A stretch of 64,000 nucleotides of DNA from Actinobacteria bacterium RBG_16_68_21. GTDB taxonomy: Bacteria; Actinomycetota; Acidimicrobiia; Spongiisociales; UBA11373. Below the pieces are notes generated by a model. That model was not told the origin of the DNA and did no database searches. It saw nothing but the letters and a program-made list of their open reading frames with translations. The translations under genes and the position numbers were made by a program. Positions 10,495 through 19,056 of the stretch are shown one piece after another (position 1 is the stretch's first letter; each line of letters opens with the position of its first letter). The stretch is taken from positions 192-64,191 of the forward strand of contig MELR01000011.1 of the NCBI GenBank assembly GCA_001767695.1, given 5' to 3'.

Positions 10495-11061
10495 TCACTC
10501 CTCCGTTGCTGCCGGTTCCGCGGGTGGGACCTGTTCCACCGTCTCCCGGCGGCGCTTCTCCGGCATGAATTGCATCGTCATGTTCCGCCCCTCGAGCTTC
10601 GGGCCGGTCTCCACCGCTCCGAACCCGGCGATGTCCTCGGCGAGCCGGCGCAAGATGCGCTCGCCCAGCTCGGGATGGCTCAGCTCACGACCGCGGAACA
10701 TCAGCGTGACCTTCACCTTGTCCCCATCGTCGAGAAACTCGAGCACCCGGCGCTTCTTCCACTCGTAGTCGTGGTCATCCGTCTTGGGCCGGAACTTCAC
10801 TTCCTTGACCACCGTGCGGGTCTGTTTCTTGCGGGCCTCACGCTGGCGTACGGACTGCTCGTATTTGTACTTCCCGAAGTCCATCAGCCTGCAGACCGGG
10901 GGCCGGGCGTCGGGGGCGACCTCGACCAGGTCCATGCCCAGCTGAGTGGCGAGCCATCTCGCCTCCTCGATCTTCTTCACCCCGATCTGACTGCCGTCCG
11001 GCGCGACTACGCGCACCTCCTTGGCCCTGATCTTGTCGTTGACCCTTAGTTCCTGCGTGAT
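10495..11061 (-). CDS. infC: translation initiation factor IF-3 (non-AUG ATC start)
   Basis: IF-3 N and C domains (VNDKIRAKEVRVV..., KEVKFRPKTDDHDYEWK); in-frame ATC codon (ITQELRVNDKI) 8 nt downstream of GGAGGT; IF-3 genes classically start with AUU/AUC/AUA for autoregulation. Confidence 0.85.
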   Translation of the reverse strand: MTQELRVNDKIRAKEVRVVAPDGSQIGVKKIEEARWLATQLGMDLVEVAPDARPPVCRLMDFGKYKYEQSVRQREARKKQTRTVVKEVKFRPKTDDHDYEWKKRRVLEFLDDGDKVKVTLMFRGRELSHPELGERILRRLAEDIAGFGAVETGPKLEGRNMTMQFMPEKRRRETVEQVPPAEPAATEE

Positions 11062-11225
11062 ATTCGGTAGACCTCCTAGGCGGTCAGAACAGAGGAAAGA
11101 CGGCAGGGGCTGCCGTCTTCTCGGTGAGAGGACCACGGCTCACTCCTGATCCCCGCAGGGCAAGGTGGCCGGGTGGGAAGCAGCGCCTCCGCTTTCGACT
11201 CGGTTGTAGGCAAAGGAGTATAGGC
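11062..11225 (-). promoter_or_regulatory. infC-rpmI-rplT leader: TATACT -10-like element plus terminator-like attenuator hairpin (L20-leader-like)
   Basis: Minus-strand leader holds TATACT (plus-strand agtata, about 11217-11222), rare in 70% GC DNA, then hairpin GAAGACGGCAG-cccc-CUGCCGUCUUC (11097-11121) followed by a U/C-rich tract, 36 nt upstream of the infC ATC start. Confidence 0.45.
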
Positions 11226-11286
11226 CGACCGGGGCCGCCAGCAGCCGCCCCCAACCCGACGATGCCGGACCCCGGCAGGGATGGGC

Positions 11287-11997
11287 TCACCCTCCGTCCG
11301 AGTCGAACAGCGTGCCTTGTGGATCCGGCCGGCGGTACCGGCCCACGCCTCCCCAGCTCAGGCCGTCCATGAACACCCAGGACCGTCGATGAATGGCACT
11401 GGGGCCGTACCAGTGGAGAGCGGCGCGGTGCCGCGGGCCCGGATAGCCCTTGTTGGACTCGAACCAGTAATGCGGGTAGTGGCTCGCCTCTGCCCGCATG
11501 ATGCGGTCGCGGGTCACCTTGGCCAGGATCGACGCGGCCGCGATGGACAGGCAGCTCGAGTCGCCTCCGACGATCGTCGTGGTGCGCGGCGACCCGATGA
11601 AATCCCACGAGCCGTCCGCCAGTACGGCATCCGGCGTCATTCCCAGACCGTCGAACGCCCGTCGTGCCGCCAGCCGCTGCGCGGCGGACATGCCGAGCTC
11701 GTCGCACTCCGCGTGGGAGGCATGGCCGACTGCCCAGGCATCGCACCATTCGGCAATCCGATCGAACATCGCCTCCCGCTCCGCCTCGGTGAGCATTTTC
11801 GAGTCACGGATCTTGTAGACGCGACGGTGCCGGGGGATGACCGCCACTCCCACAGTGATCGGGCCGGCCCAGGCGCCCCTTCCCACCTCGTCGGTGCCGA
11901 CCACCACCCGGGCTCCCCCCGCCCAGAGGGCCCGCTCCCTGGTCGTCCCCGGGGCGTTGTGCTTGAGGGAGGCGCGCAGGACGGGAACGGTGGTCAC
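11287..11997 (-). CDS. rnhB: ribonuclease HII
   Basis: GTDEVGRGAWAGPITVGVAV (DEVGRG catalytic motif) and SKMLTEAER; GTG start at 11997. Confidence 0.88.
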   Translation of the reverse strand: MTTVPVLRASLKHNAPGTTRERALWAGGARVVVGTDEVGRGAWAGPITVGVAVIPRHRRVYKIRDSKMLTEAEREAMFDRIAEWCDAWAVGHASHAECDELGMSAAQRLAARRAFDGLGMTPDAVLADGSWDFIGSPRTTTIVGGDSSCLSIAAASILAKVTRDRIMRAEASHYPHYWFESNKGYPGPRHRAALHWYGPSAIHRRSWVFMDGLSWGGVGRYRRPDPQGTLFDSDGG

Positions 11998-12029
11998 CCG
12001 GCGACGTTACTAGGAGGCCGCTTCGCGGC

Positions 12030-12100
12030 CCGCAATTGGCAATTGGCAACCAGTAATTCGCGTCGAAGGGGTTGTCTAACTGGAAATCTGGAAACTGGAG
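12030..12100. repeat. Heptamer tandem-repeat spacer (locus A): (GCAATTG)2-3 then CTGGAAAT-CTGGAAA-CTGGAG
   Basis: gcaattggcaattggcaacc (12032-12050) and ctggaaatctggaaactggag (12079-12099), between ribH stop and rnhB start. Confidence 0.8.
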
Positions 12101-12105
12101 ACGAC

Positions 12106-12567
12106 TCAGAGTTGCCCCAATTGTCGCAACACCCACGCCGCCCGAACCGCCGCCTCAACGGCCTCGGTTCCCTTGTTCCCCGGCCCGGGACGGCTCCGTT
12201 CGATGGCGTGGCCCGGGTCGCGGGCGGTCAGCACCCCGAACCCCACGGGGACACCCGAGGACACCGCTACCTGACGCAGCCCGGCAGCGCACTGCGTGGC
12301 GATGTGTTCGTAGTGGTCGGTGTCTCCGGCGATCACCGCCCCCAGGGCGACCACGGCGTCGCATCCCACTGCCGCCAGCCGGGCCGCCACCACCGGCAAC
12401 TCGAACGCGCCGGGGACGTGGACGATGATCGGGTCTTTCGCCCCGGCCCCGGCGAGTGCCGCCAGGGCACCCTCCAGCAACCCCGACGTCACCGCGGCGT
12501 TGAAGTCGGCCACGACGACCCCGATCCTCATGCCGGTGGCGTCGAAGGGAGCTGCTATCTCAGGCAT
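12106..12567 (-). CDS. ribH: 6,7-dimethyl-8-ribityllumazine synthase
   Basis: 153 aa lumazine synthase fold ([10 protein letters not shown]..., GAFELPVVA..., HYEHIA). Confidence 0.9.
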   Translation of the reverse strand: MPEIAAPFDATGMRIGVVVADFNAAVTSGLLEGALAALAGAGAKDPIIVHVPGAFELPVVAARLAAVGCDAVVALGAVIAGDTDHYEHIATQCAAGLRQVAVSSGVPVGFGVLTARDPGHAIERSRPGPGNKGTEAVEAAVRAAWVLRQLGQL

Positions 12568-13774
12568 CAGGCTCCAACTCCATGAGGTGGCCCAGCTTGG
12601 CGACCTTGGTCGTCAGGTAATCGATATTCTCCGGCGTCGGGGTGGTCTCCAGCGGAACGCGCTCGACGATGCTCAGCCCGTAGCCCTCGAGTCCGGCACG
12701 CTTCGCCGGGTTGTTGGTGAGCAGGCGCATCGACGTCACGCCGAGGTCGACGAGGATCTGGGCTCCGATTCCGTAGTCCCTGGCGTCGGCGGGGAGACCG
12801 AGGTCGAGATTCGCCTCCACGGTGTCTCTTCCCCGCTCCTGGAGGGCGTAGGCCTGGAGTTTGTGCATCAGACCGATTCCTCGCCCCTCGTGTCCCCGGA
12901 AGTAGAGGACGACCCCCCTACCCTCCCCGGCGATCTTGCGCATCGCGTCGTGCAACTGCACGCCGCAGTCGCAGCGCATGCTCCCGAACACGTCCCCGGT
13001 GAGGCACTCCGAGTGAACCCGCACCAGGACGTCCTCTCCCCCACCGATGTCTCCCTTCACCAGGGCGATGTGGTGGGTGCCGTCGAGCTTCGATTGGTAC
13101 CCGACCGCCGTGAAGTCCCCGTACTCCGTGGGGATCCGCGCCTCGGCGATCCTCTCGACGAAACGCTCACGGTGACGGCGGAACGAAATCAGGTCACCGA
13201 TGCTGACGATGGGAATGCCATGTTCGGCGGCGAAGGCGGTCAACTCGGGGAGCCGGGCCATCGAGCCGTCCTCGTTTACGATCTCGCAGAGCGCCCCGGC
13301 CGGGTACAGGCCGGCGAGACGGGCGAGATCGACCGCGGCCTCCGTGTGCCCCGCCCGCTTCAGCACGCCTCCCTCCTGGTAGCGGAGGGGGAAGATGTGG
13401 CCCGGCCGGGCCAGATCCTGGGGGCGGGTGTCGGGATCGATCAAGGCCCCGATGGTCGCCGCCCGGTCCGCGGCGGAGATGCCCGTGGTCGTTCCATGGA
13501 TGTAGTCCACCGACACCGTGAACGCGGTCCGATGCGAGTCGGTGTTCTCCACCACCATCAGGGGCAGTCGCAGCTCGTCGAGCCGGCTGCCCTCGACCGG
13601 GACGCAGATGAGACCGGACGTGTACCTCACCATGAAGGCGATTCGCTCAGGCGTCACCCGCTCGGCAGCGATGATCAGGTCACCTTCGTTCTCCCGATCG
13701 GCATCGTCGACGACCACCGCGAACTCGCCGCGAGCAACGGCGGCGATCGCGGCTTCGATCGGCGCGAACGTCAC
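12560..13774 (-). CDS. ribBA: bifunctional 3,4-dihydroxy-2-butanone-4-phosphate synthase / GTP cyclohydrolase II
   Basis: DHBP synthase half ([16 protein letters not shown]) plus GTP cyclohydrolase II half with Zn Cys triad ([15 protein letters not shown]) and [10 protein letters not shown]; GTG start at 13774 after GGAGGT, overlapping ribE stop. Confidence 0.9.
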   Translation of the reverse strand: MTFAPIEAAIAAVARGEFAVVVDDADRENEGDLIIAAERVTPERIAFMVRYTSGLICVPVEGSRLDELRLPLMVVENTDSHRTAFTVSVDYIHGTTTGISAADRAATIGALIDPDTRPQDLARPGHIFPLRYQEGGVLKRAGHTEAAVDLARLAGLYPAGALCEIVNEDGSMARLPELTAFAAEHGIPIVSIGDLISFRRHRERFVERIAEARIPTEYGDFTAVGYQSKLDGTHHIALVKGDIGGGEDVLVRVHSECLTGDVFGSMRCDCGVQLHDAMRKIAGEGRGVVLYFRGHEGRGIGLMHKLQAYALQERGRDTVEANLDLGLPADARDYGIGAQILVDLGVTSMRLLTNNPAKRAGLEGYGLSIVERVPLETTPTPENIDYLTTKVAKLGHLMELEPDA

Positions 13775-14364
13775 GTGCCGACCTCCAGCAGCCGCGCCAC
13801 GTACTTGGCGAGCACATCGACTTCCAGGTTGATCCTGGTGCCGGGAGCGAGCGTCCCGAAAGTGGTCACCTCCCGCGTGTGAGGAATCAGCACGACCTCG
13901 AACCCGCTCTCGTCGATTCCCGACACCGTGAGGCTGACGCCGTCGAGAGCGACCGACCCCTTCGAGGCCACATAGCCGATGAGGCTCGCCGGAGGATCCA
14001 GCCATACCCGCCGCGCATCGCCCTCGGCGGCGACGCTCCGCACCACAGCCACGCCGTCGACATGGCCCTGGACGAAGTGGCCGTCGAACCTCCCGGCGGC
14101 CGAGACCGGCCGCTCGAGGTTGACCTCGGATCCGGCGGAGAGATCACCGAGATTGGTCAGCCGCAACGTCTCGGCGACCGCTTCCACCTCGAAGTCGGCG
14201 GTGCCCACCACGACCGCGGTCAGGCACACCCCATTGATCGCGATCGAATCACCCACGGCGAGACCCGCTGCAGTGACGGGTCCCGAGATCGTGAGGTGGG
14301 TTCCGCCGGACGCCGCGACTACACGGCGCACAACTCCCCGTTCGGCGACGATCCCCGTGAACAT
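13771..14364 (-). CDS. ribE: riboflavin synthase alpha chain
   Basis: MFTGIV...[14 protein letters not shown] / [12 protein letters not shown] internal duplication typical of riboflavin synthase. Confidence 0.9.
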   Translation of the reverse strand: MFTGIVAERGVVRRVVAASGGTHLTISGPVTAAGLAVGDSIAINGVCLTAVVVGTADFEVEAVAETLRLTNLGDLSAGSEVNLERPVSAAGRFDGHFVQGHVDGVAVVRSVAAEGDARRVWLDPPASLIGYVASKGSVALDGVSLTVSGIDESGFEVVLIPHTREVTTFGTLAPGTRINLEVDVLAKYVARLLEVGT

Positions 14365-15413
14365 CACCTCACCTCCGCGTCGATCCGTACGTCGGGACCG
14401 ATGCGGGCGACCGACGTGATCGCCACCCTCGCCAAGTCCCCCACCGTGGCGAACCGCCCCCCCATCATGGGCACTCCCGCACCCCCGGCGACTGCTCCGG
14501 CGAAGTAGGCCACAAACCGATCGACAAGACCTGCCCTGGTGAACGCTCCGGCGATCACGGGACCGCCCTCCACGAGAAGGTCGACGATGTTGCGCTTGCC
14601 GAGATCCTCGACGACACTTTCGAGATCCACTCCGTCGGCTCCGGGAAGCACCGTCACCTCCCCGGGGAGATCCAGCGGCCGCGACGAGTAGACCAGCGGG
14701 TTCCGCGAGAACACCCGGGCCGTCGGCGGCAGCGGCCGACTCCCGACGAGCACAACGGGTCGGGGCTGGGGTCCATCGTGGCCATCGAGCCGAACCGACA
14801 GCTCGGGATCGTCGGCGAGCACGGTTCCCGCCCCGACGAGAACTGCATCTGCCGTAGACCGCAGCTCATGGGCATCGCGCCGCGCCTCCGGCGAAGTGAT
14901 CCACTGCGACGATCCGTCGGCCGCGGCGGCCTGCCCATCGAGGCTTGCCGCCATCTTGAGGGTGAGCCGCGGCCGTCCGGTGCGTCGATGATGGAAGTAG
15001 CCGGGATCGAGGTCCTCGGCATCCACACCGGCCACCCCGACCCTTACCTCGACCCCGGCGGCCTGCAACGCGGCGATCCCCCGCCCGGCAACCTGGGTGT
15101 CCGGATCGCCCGCCCCGACGATCACCCGGGCGACGCCCGCCTCGATTACCGCGGCGGTGCAAGCCGGGGTGCGTCCCTGGTGGGCACAAGGCTCGAGGGT
15201 GACCACCAGGGTGCCGCCGCGGGCGCGGCCGCCGGCCTGGGCAAGGGCGAGTGCCTCGGCGTGCGGGCTCCCCGCCATTGCGTGGGCACCCGTCCCAACG
15301 ATTGCCCCGGCGGAGTCGAGCACGATTGCTCCCACCCGGGGATTGGGGTGAGGGTGACGGCGGATGGCCAGCTCCATGGCCGACCGCATCAGCCCCCGCT
15401 CGTCCATCTCCAT
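14364..15413 (-). CDS. ribD: bifunctional diaminohydroxyphosphoribosylaminopyrimidine deaminase / 5-amino-6-(5-phosphoribosylamino)uracil reductase
   Basis: N-terminal CMP/dCMP-type deaminase zinc motifs (HAEALAL, PCAHQGRTPAC) and C-terminal reductase domain; first gene after the riboswitch. Confidence 0.9.
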   Translation of the reverse strand: MEMDERGLMRSAMELAIRRHPHPNPRVGAIVLDSAGAIVGTGAHAMAGSPHAEALALAQAGGRARGGTLVVTLEPCAHQGRTPACTAAVIEAGVARVIVGAGDPDTQVAGRGIAALQAAGVEVRVGVAGVDAEDLDPGYFHHRRTGRPRLTLKMAASLDGQAAAADGSSQWITSPEARRDAHELRSTADAVLVGAGTVLADDPELSVRLDGHDGPQPRPVVLVGSRPLPPTARVFSRNPLVYSSRPLDLPGEVTVLPGADGVDLESVVEDLGKRNIVDLLVEGGPVIAGAFTRAGLVDRFVAYFAGAVAGGAGVPMMGGRFATVGDLARVAITSVARIGPDVRIDAEVR

Positions 15414-15424
15414 CGCCTCGTGCT

Positions 15425-15590
15425 CCCGTGGTCAGGGGCACGCGAGCGCGGGCGCGCGGTCGCGTGCCCTTCTTCTCTCATCCGGACTGTCACCGTCGAC
15501 TCCGGATTTCCACCGGATCGGCCTCTCGGAAAGGTTCGCGGGTTGTCACCGCCGGTCGGGAATCGCACCCTGCCCTGAAGAAGGGCTCTG
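15425..15590 (-). promoter_or_regulatory. FMN riboswitch (RFN element) with expression-platform hairpin, 5' of ribD
   Basis: Minus-strand reading has CUUCUUCAGGGCAGGGUGCGAUUCCCGACCGGCGGU...GUCGACGGUGACAGUCCGGAUGAGAGAAGAAGGGC, matching the RFN core (GGGCAGGGUGaAAUUCCCgACCGGCGGU ... GACAGUgAAAGUCUGGAUGgGAGAAGg). P1 is cuucuuc/gaagaag. The P1 3' strand overlaps hairpin GGGCACGCGA...UCGCGUGCCC (15435-15468) just upstream of the GGGAG RBS. Confidence 0.88.
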
Positions 15591-15634
15591 CGGTCACGAG
15601 TCTACCCCCGGGACCGAAACACTCCTCCCGGCGG

Positions 15635-16564
15635 TCAGCGGCCCCTTCGGTCGATCCGGTAGCTGGAGCCGGCCTCGGTCTTGGCGTGCTCCTTCATCTC
15701 CGAGGCCACCGCCGAGGCTTCCCATTCGCTGGAGAAGGTGCGTCGTACGTTGGTCGCCACGCCCAGTGAAATCGAAACGACCGGAAAGGCGTGCCGCTCC
15801 CCGCGCCGGTCTATCACCTCGACGAAGCCCCGCAACGCGTCGTGCGGGTCGTAGAAATCGAGAATGCCCTCATCGAACCTCTCGACGACCTCCTTGCAGA
15901 ACTGTTCGGCGGCCGTCGGGGTCACCACCGCGATGAAGTCATCACCTCCGACGTGGCCGATGAAGAATGTCGGATCGCCCACCTCCAATGCGGCCTCGAC
16001 CAGGGTATTGGCGGTGAACTTGATCACGTTGTCGCCCCTCATGAACCCGTAGTGGTCGTTGAAGGCCTTGAAGTTGTCGAGGTCGGCGTGGATGACCGCC
16101 ACCGGTCCCCCGCCGGTCACCCGTCGTTCGAGTTCCTCGGCGATGCGGAAGTTGCCCGGAAGACCGGTCAGCGGAGAGAGATCTCGCATCGCCCGCGATC
16201 TGCGCAGCACCGAGCCCACCCGGGCGAGCAGCTCTTCGATGTCGAAGGGCTTCTCGACGTAGTCATCCGCCCCTCCCTGCAGCCCCCGGACGAGATCACG
16301 CACATTCGCCTTGGCCGTGAGCAAGACGATCGAGACGTTGGTCGTGGCCGGACTCGTCTGCAGCCGGCGCAGCACCTCGAAGCCGTCCACGCCGGGCATC
16401 ATCAGGTCGAGGAGAACCAGCTCGGGGGGCTCGGCGAAAGCGGCGGCAAGACCGGACTCGGCATCGAGGGCAGTGTGCACCGCGTATCCCTCGAGCTCGA
16501 GGCTCGTCTCGACGAACCTGAGAATCTCAGGATCGTCGTCGATGACAAGGATTCTTTCGCTCAT
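15635..16564 (-). CDS. response regulator: receiver domain + GGDEF (diguanylate cyclase-like) domain, motif variant GGDDF
   Basis: N-terminal REC (ILVIDDDPEI...LLDLMMPGVDGFEVL...LLTAK) then GGDEF-domain sequence (LTGLPGNFR..., GFMRGD, HVGGDDFIAVV); start overlaps rpe stop by 4 nt. Confidence 0.8.
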   Translation of the reverse strand: MSERILVIDDDPEILRFVETSLELEGYAVHTALDAESGLAAAFAEPPELVLLDLMMPGVDGFEVLRRLQTSPATTNVSIVLLTAKANVRDLVRGLQGGADDYVEKPFDIEELLARVGSVLRRSRAMRDLSPLTGLPGNFRIAEELERRVTGGGPVAVIHADLDNFKAFNDHYGFMRGDNVIKFTANTLVEAALEVGDPTFFIGHVGGDDFIAVVTPTAAEQFCKEVVERFDEGILDFYDPHDALRGFVEVIDRRGERHAFPVVSISLGVATNVRRTFSSEWEASAVASEMKEHAKTEAGSSYRIDRRGR

Positions 16565-17223
16565 TCCATCCCGTCGGCAGCGGCACGCAGACGGTCGGCG
16601 GCGGCGGCGGGATCGGGCGATCCGAAGATCGCCGTACCGGCGACGAACACGTTCGCCCCAGCCGCACTTGCCATTCGAGCCGTCTCGGGAGTCACGCCCC
16701 CGTCTATCTCGATATCGGCTCCCAGGCCGGCCGAGTCAACCAACTTCCTGGCGGCTTCCACCTTGGCGAGAACCTCCGGAATGAACTCCTGGCCGCCGAA
16801 TCCCGGAACTACGGACATGACCACGACAAGGTCACACAGCTCGACGAACGGCGCCACCGCGGCAAATGGGGTGGCCGGGTTGACCACCAGACCGAAACCG
16901 AGCTGGAGAGCCCTGGCGGCGGCGGCGGCACTCGTGGGATCGGGGTGGACCTCGATGTGCACCGTGACCAGGTCCGCCCCGGCCTCTTTGAGCGGCTCGA
17001 ACAGAGAGATCGGGTTGGTGACCATCAGGTGGCAGTCGAAGTACAGGTCGGTGACCGCCCGCAGAGCGGCGATTACGGGCATTCCAAGAGAGAGGTTGGG
17101 CACGTAATGCCCGTCCATGACGTCGACGTGAAGCAGGTCCACATGGTCGGCGACCCGGGCGACGTCATCGGCGAGGTGAGCGAAGTCGGCGGCGAGGATC
17201 GAAGGGGCGATCTTTGCGGGCAT
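16561..17223 (-). CDS. rpe: ribulose-phosphate 3-epimerase
   Basis: MPAKIAPSILAADFAHL...HVDVMDGHYVPNLS...CHLMV...; 220 aa; ATG at 17223; long upstream ORF extension is spurious. Confidence 0.9.
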   Translation of the reverse strand: MPAKIAPSILAADFAHLADDVARVADHVDLLHVDVMDGHYVPNLSLGMPVIAALRAVTDLYFDCHLMVTNPISLFEPLKEAGADLVTVHIEVHPDPTSAAAAARALQLGFGLVVNPATPFAAVAPFVELCDLVVVMSVVPGFGGQEFIPEVLAKVEAARKLVDSAGLGADIEIDGGVTPETARMASAAGANVFVAGTAIFGSPDPAAAADRLRAAADGME

Positions 17224-17310
17224 CGCTGCGCAGGTTACCGGGGTCGCGGACCCTCCCCGGGGAGCCGTCCCGACACCGCGCGTCGATTGGCCGCCTGGTA
17301 CCTTCGCCCG

Positions 17311-18111
17311 ATGGATCGCCATCGCATCGCCCCCGGAGACATCGTCGCCCTCGGCAAGCACGATCCGGCCGCTACACCGGGCGCGGCCGACGAGAAGGCG
17401 GCGAAGAAGCGTTCCAAGGCGCTGTGCAAGCGGCTCGAGCAGCTTCAGGAGCTCCTCTACGCGCAAGGCAAGCACCGGCTGCTCGTCGTGCTTCAGGGAA
17501 TGGACACCTCGGGCAAAGATTCGGTGATCCGCCACGTCTTCGAGGGGGTCAATCCGCAAGGCGTGTCGGTGGCGTCGTTCAAGCGGCCGACCCCGGAGGA
17601 GCTCGCCCACGACTACCTGTGGCGGGTGCATCGCCACGTTCCCGGGGACGGCCAGATCACGATCTTCAATCGGAGTCACTACGAAGACGTTCTCGCGGTC
17701 CGGGTCCACGAGCTGGTGCCGGAGAATCGGTGGCAGCGGCGCTACGACCAGATCAACGCCTTCGAGCGCACCCTCGCCGAAGAGGGAACGACGATCCTCA
17801 AGTTCTTCCTGCACATCTCGCGACGGGAGCAGCGCGTCCGGTTGCAGAGCCGGCTCGACGACCCGACGAAGCAATGGAAGTTCTCTTCCGGAGACCTCAC
17901 CGAGAGGGCGCTGTGGGAGCGCCACACCGCCGCCTATGAGGCCGTCCTCTCGTTCACCTCGACCGAATGGGCGCCCTGGTGGCTCGTCCCCAGCGATGTC
18001 ACCTGGTACCGCAATCTGGTCATCGGAGAGACGATCGTCACCTCCCTCGATGGCCTCGACATGGCGTTTCCCCTGCCCACCGAGGACCTGTCCAAGGTGA
18101 CAATCGAGTAG
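17311..18111 (+). CDS. ppk2: polyphosphate kinase 2 family (polyphosphate:nucleotide phosphotransferase)
   Basis: PPK2 Walker A (LQGMDTSGKDS), Walker B and lid region (ITIFNRSHYEDVL); ATG at 17311 (MDRHRIAPGD); one of only two plus-strand genes in the window. Confidence 0.8.
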   Translation: MDRHRIAPGDIVALGKHDPAATPGAADEKAAKKRSKALCKRLEQLQELLYAQGKHRLLVVLQGMDTSGKDSVIRHVFEGVNPQGVSVASFKRPTPEELAHDYLWRVHRHVPGDGQITIFNRSHYEDVLAVRVHELVPENRWQRRYDQINAFERTLAEEGTTILKFFLHISRREQRVRLQSRLDDPTKQWKFSSGDLTERALWERHTAAYEAVLSFTSTEWAPWWLVPSDVTWYRNLVIGETIVTSLDGLDMAFPLPTEDLSKVTIE

Positions 18112-18129
18112 TCGGCTACCTGTTGGCCG

Positions 18130-19056
18130 TCACCGGCTACCCGGAGCCTCGAAGCGGGCGGGCTCTCCCCGGCGGCCATTCATCCACGCGATGGCGCTCA
18201 TCGCCGACCTTCCCGCCGGTTGGATGGACAGCAGCTCCACCGCCCCGTCGGCGCACCCGAGCACCACCCGGCCGTCGACCACACTGGCGATCCCCGGACC
18301 GGCGCCCTTGCCGTCCGCCGGCGCCACCCGCCACAGCTTGCATGTTTGCCCCTCGACCACTCCCCAGGCCCCCGGCCGGGGATTGAACGCTCGCACCGCC
18401 CGGAACACGGCGACGGCACCATGCGCCGCCGGGAGCACCAGGGCTTCACTCCGGGACACCTTCGCCGCCGCGGTAGCCCGTCGGTCGTCCTGTGGCGCGG
18501 CGGTGCGCTTCCCATCCACCCATTCCCCCAGATGAGCGGACAACAGCTCCGCCCCGCGATCTGCAAGGCGGGCCGTCAGTTCGCCGGCGGTCTCCGCGAC
18601 GTGCACCGGCGTCCGTGCCGAGACGATGATCCCTCCGGTATCGAGCCCCTCGTCCATCTCCATGAGAGTGACCCCGGTCTCGTCGTCACCGGCGAGGATC
18701 GTGCGCACCACCGGACTGGCGCCGCGCCACCGCGGCAGCAGCGAGAAGTGCACATTGAGAAACCCGCGGCGCGGTGCGCCGAGGAGGGCGGCGGGGATGA
18801 GACGCCCGTAGGCGGCGACCACCGCGACGTCCATAGCCGCCAGGGCATCGACCACTTCGGCGTGCCTGGCGGGTTGCACCACTCGCAGCCCCCACTGCAG
18901 CGCGGCGACCTTCACCGGGGGTGGAAGCGGGGTACCGGAGCGTCCCCGGGGGCGATCCGGCTGGGTCACGACCAGCGCCACCTCCGCCACGCTCCGCAGG
19001 CCGCCGAGAACCGGCACCGCCTCAGCCGGGGTACCGAAGAAGGCGGCGCGGATCAC
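18130..19056 (-). CDS. fmt: methionyl-tRNA formyltransferase
   Basis: MIRAAFFGTP...VVTQPDRPRGR... formyltransferase N-domain (HFSLLPRWRGASP) plus C-terminal domain. Confidence 0.9.
   Translation of the reverse strand: MIRAAFFGTPAEAVPVLGGLRSVAEVALVVTQPDRPRGRSGTPLPPPVKVAALQWGLRVVQPARHAEVVDALAAMDVAVVAAYGRLIPAALLGAPRRGFLNVHFSLLPRWRGASPVVRTILAGDDETGVTLMEMDEGLDTGGIIVSARTPVHVAETAGELTARLADRGAELLSAHLGEWVDGKRTAAPQDDRRATAAAKVSRSEALVLPAAHGAVAVFRAVRAFNPRPGAWGVVEGQTCKLWRVAPADGKGAGPGIASVVDGRVVLGCADGAVELLSIQPAGRSAMSAIAWMNGRRGEPARFEAPGSR

Noticed and set aside
9916-11136. tRNA genes in intergenic gaps
   Set aside because: No intergenic gap contains a cloverleaf-capable 70-90-nt segment with conserved T-loop GTTC or D-loop features. 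The gaps are occupied by the riboswitch, leader hairpins or heptad arrays.
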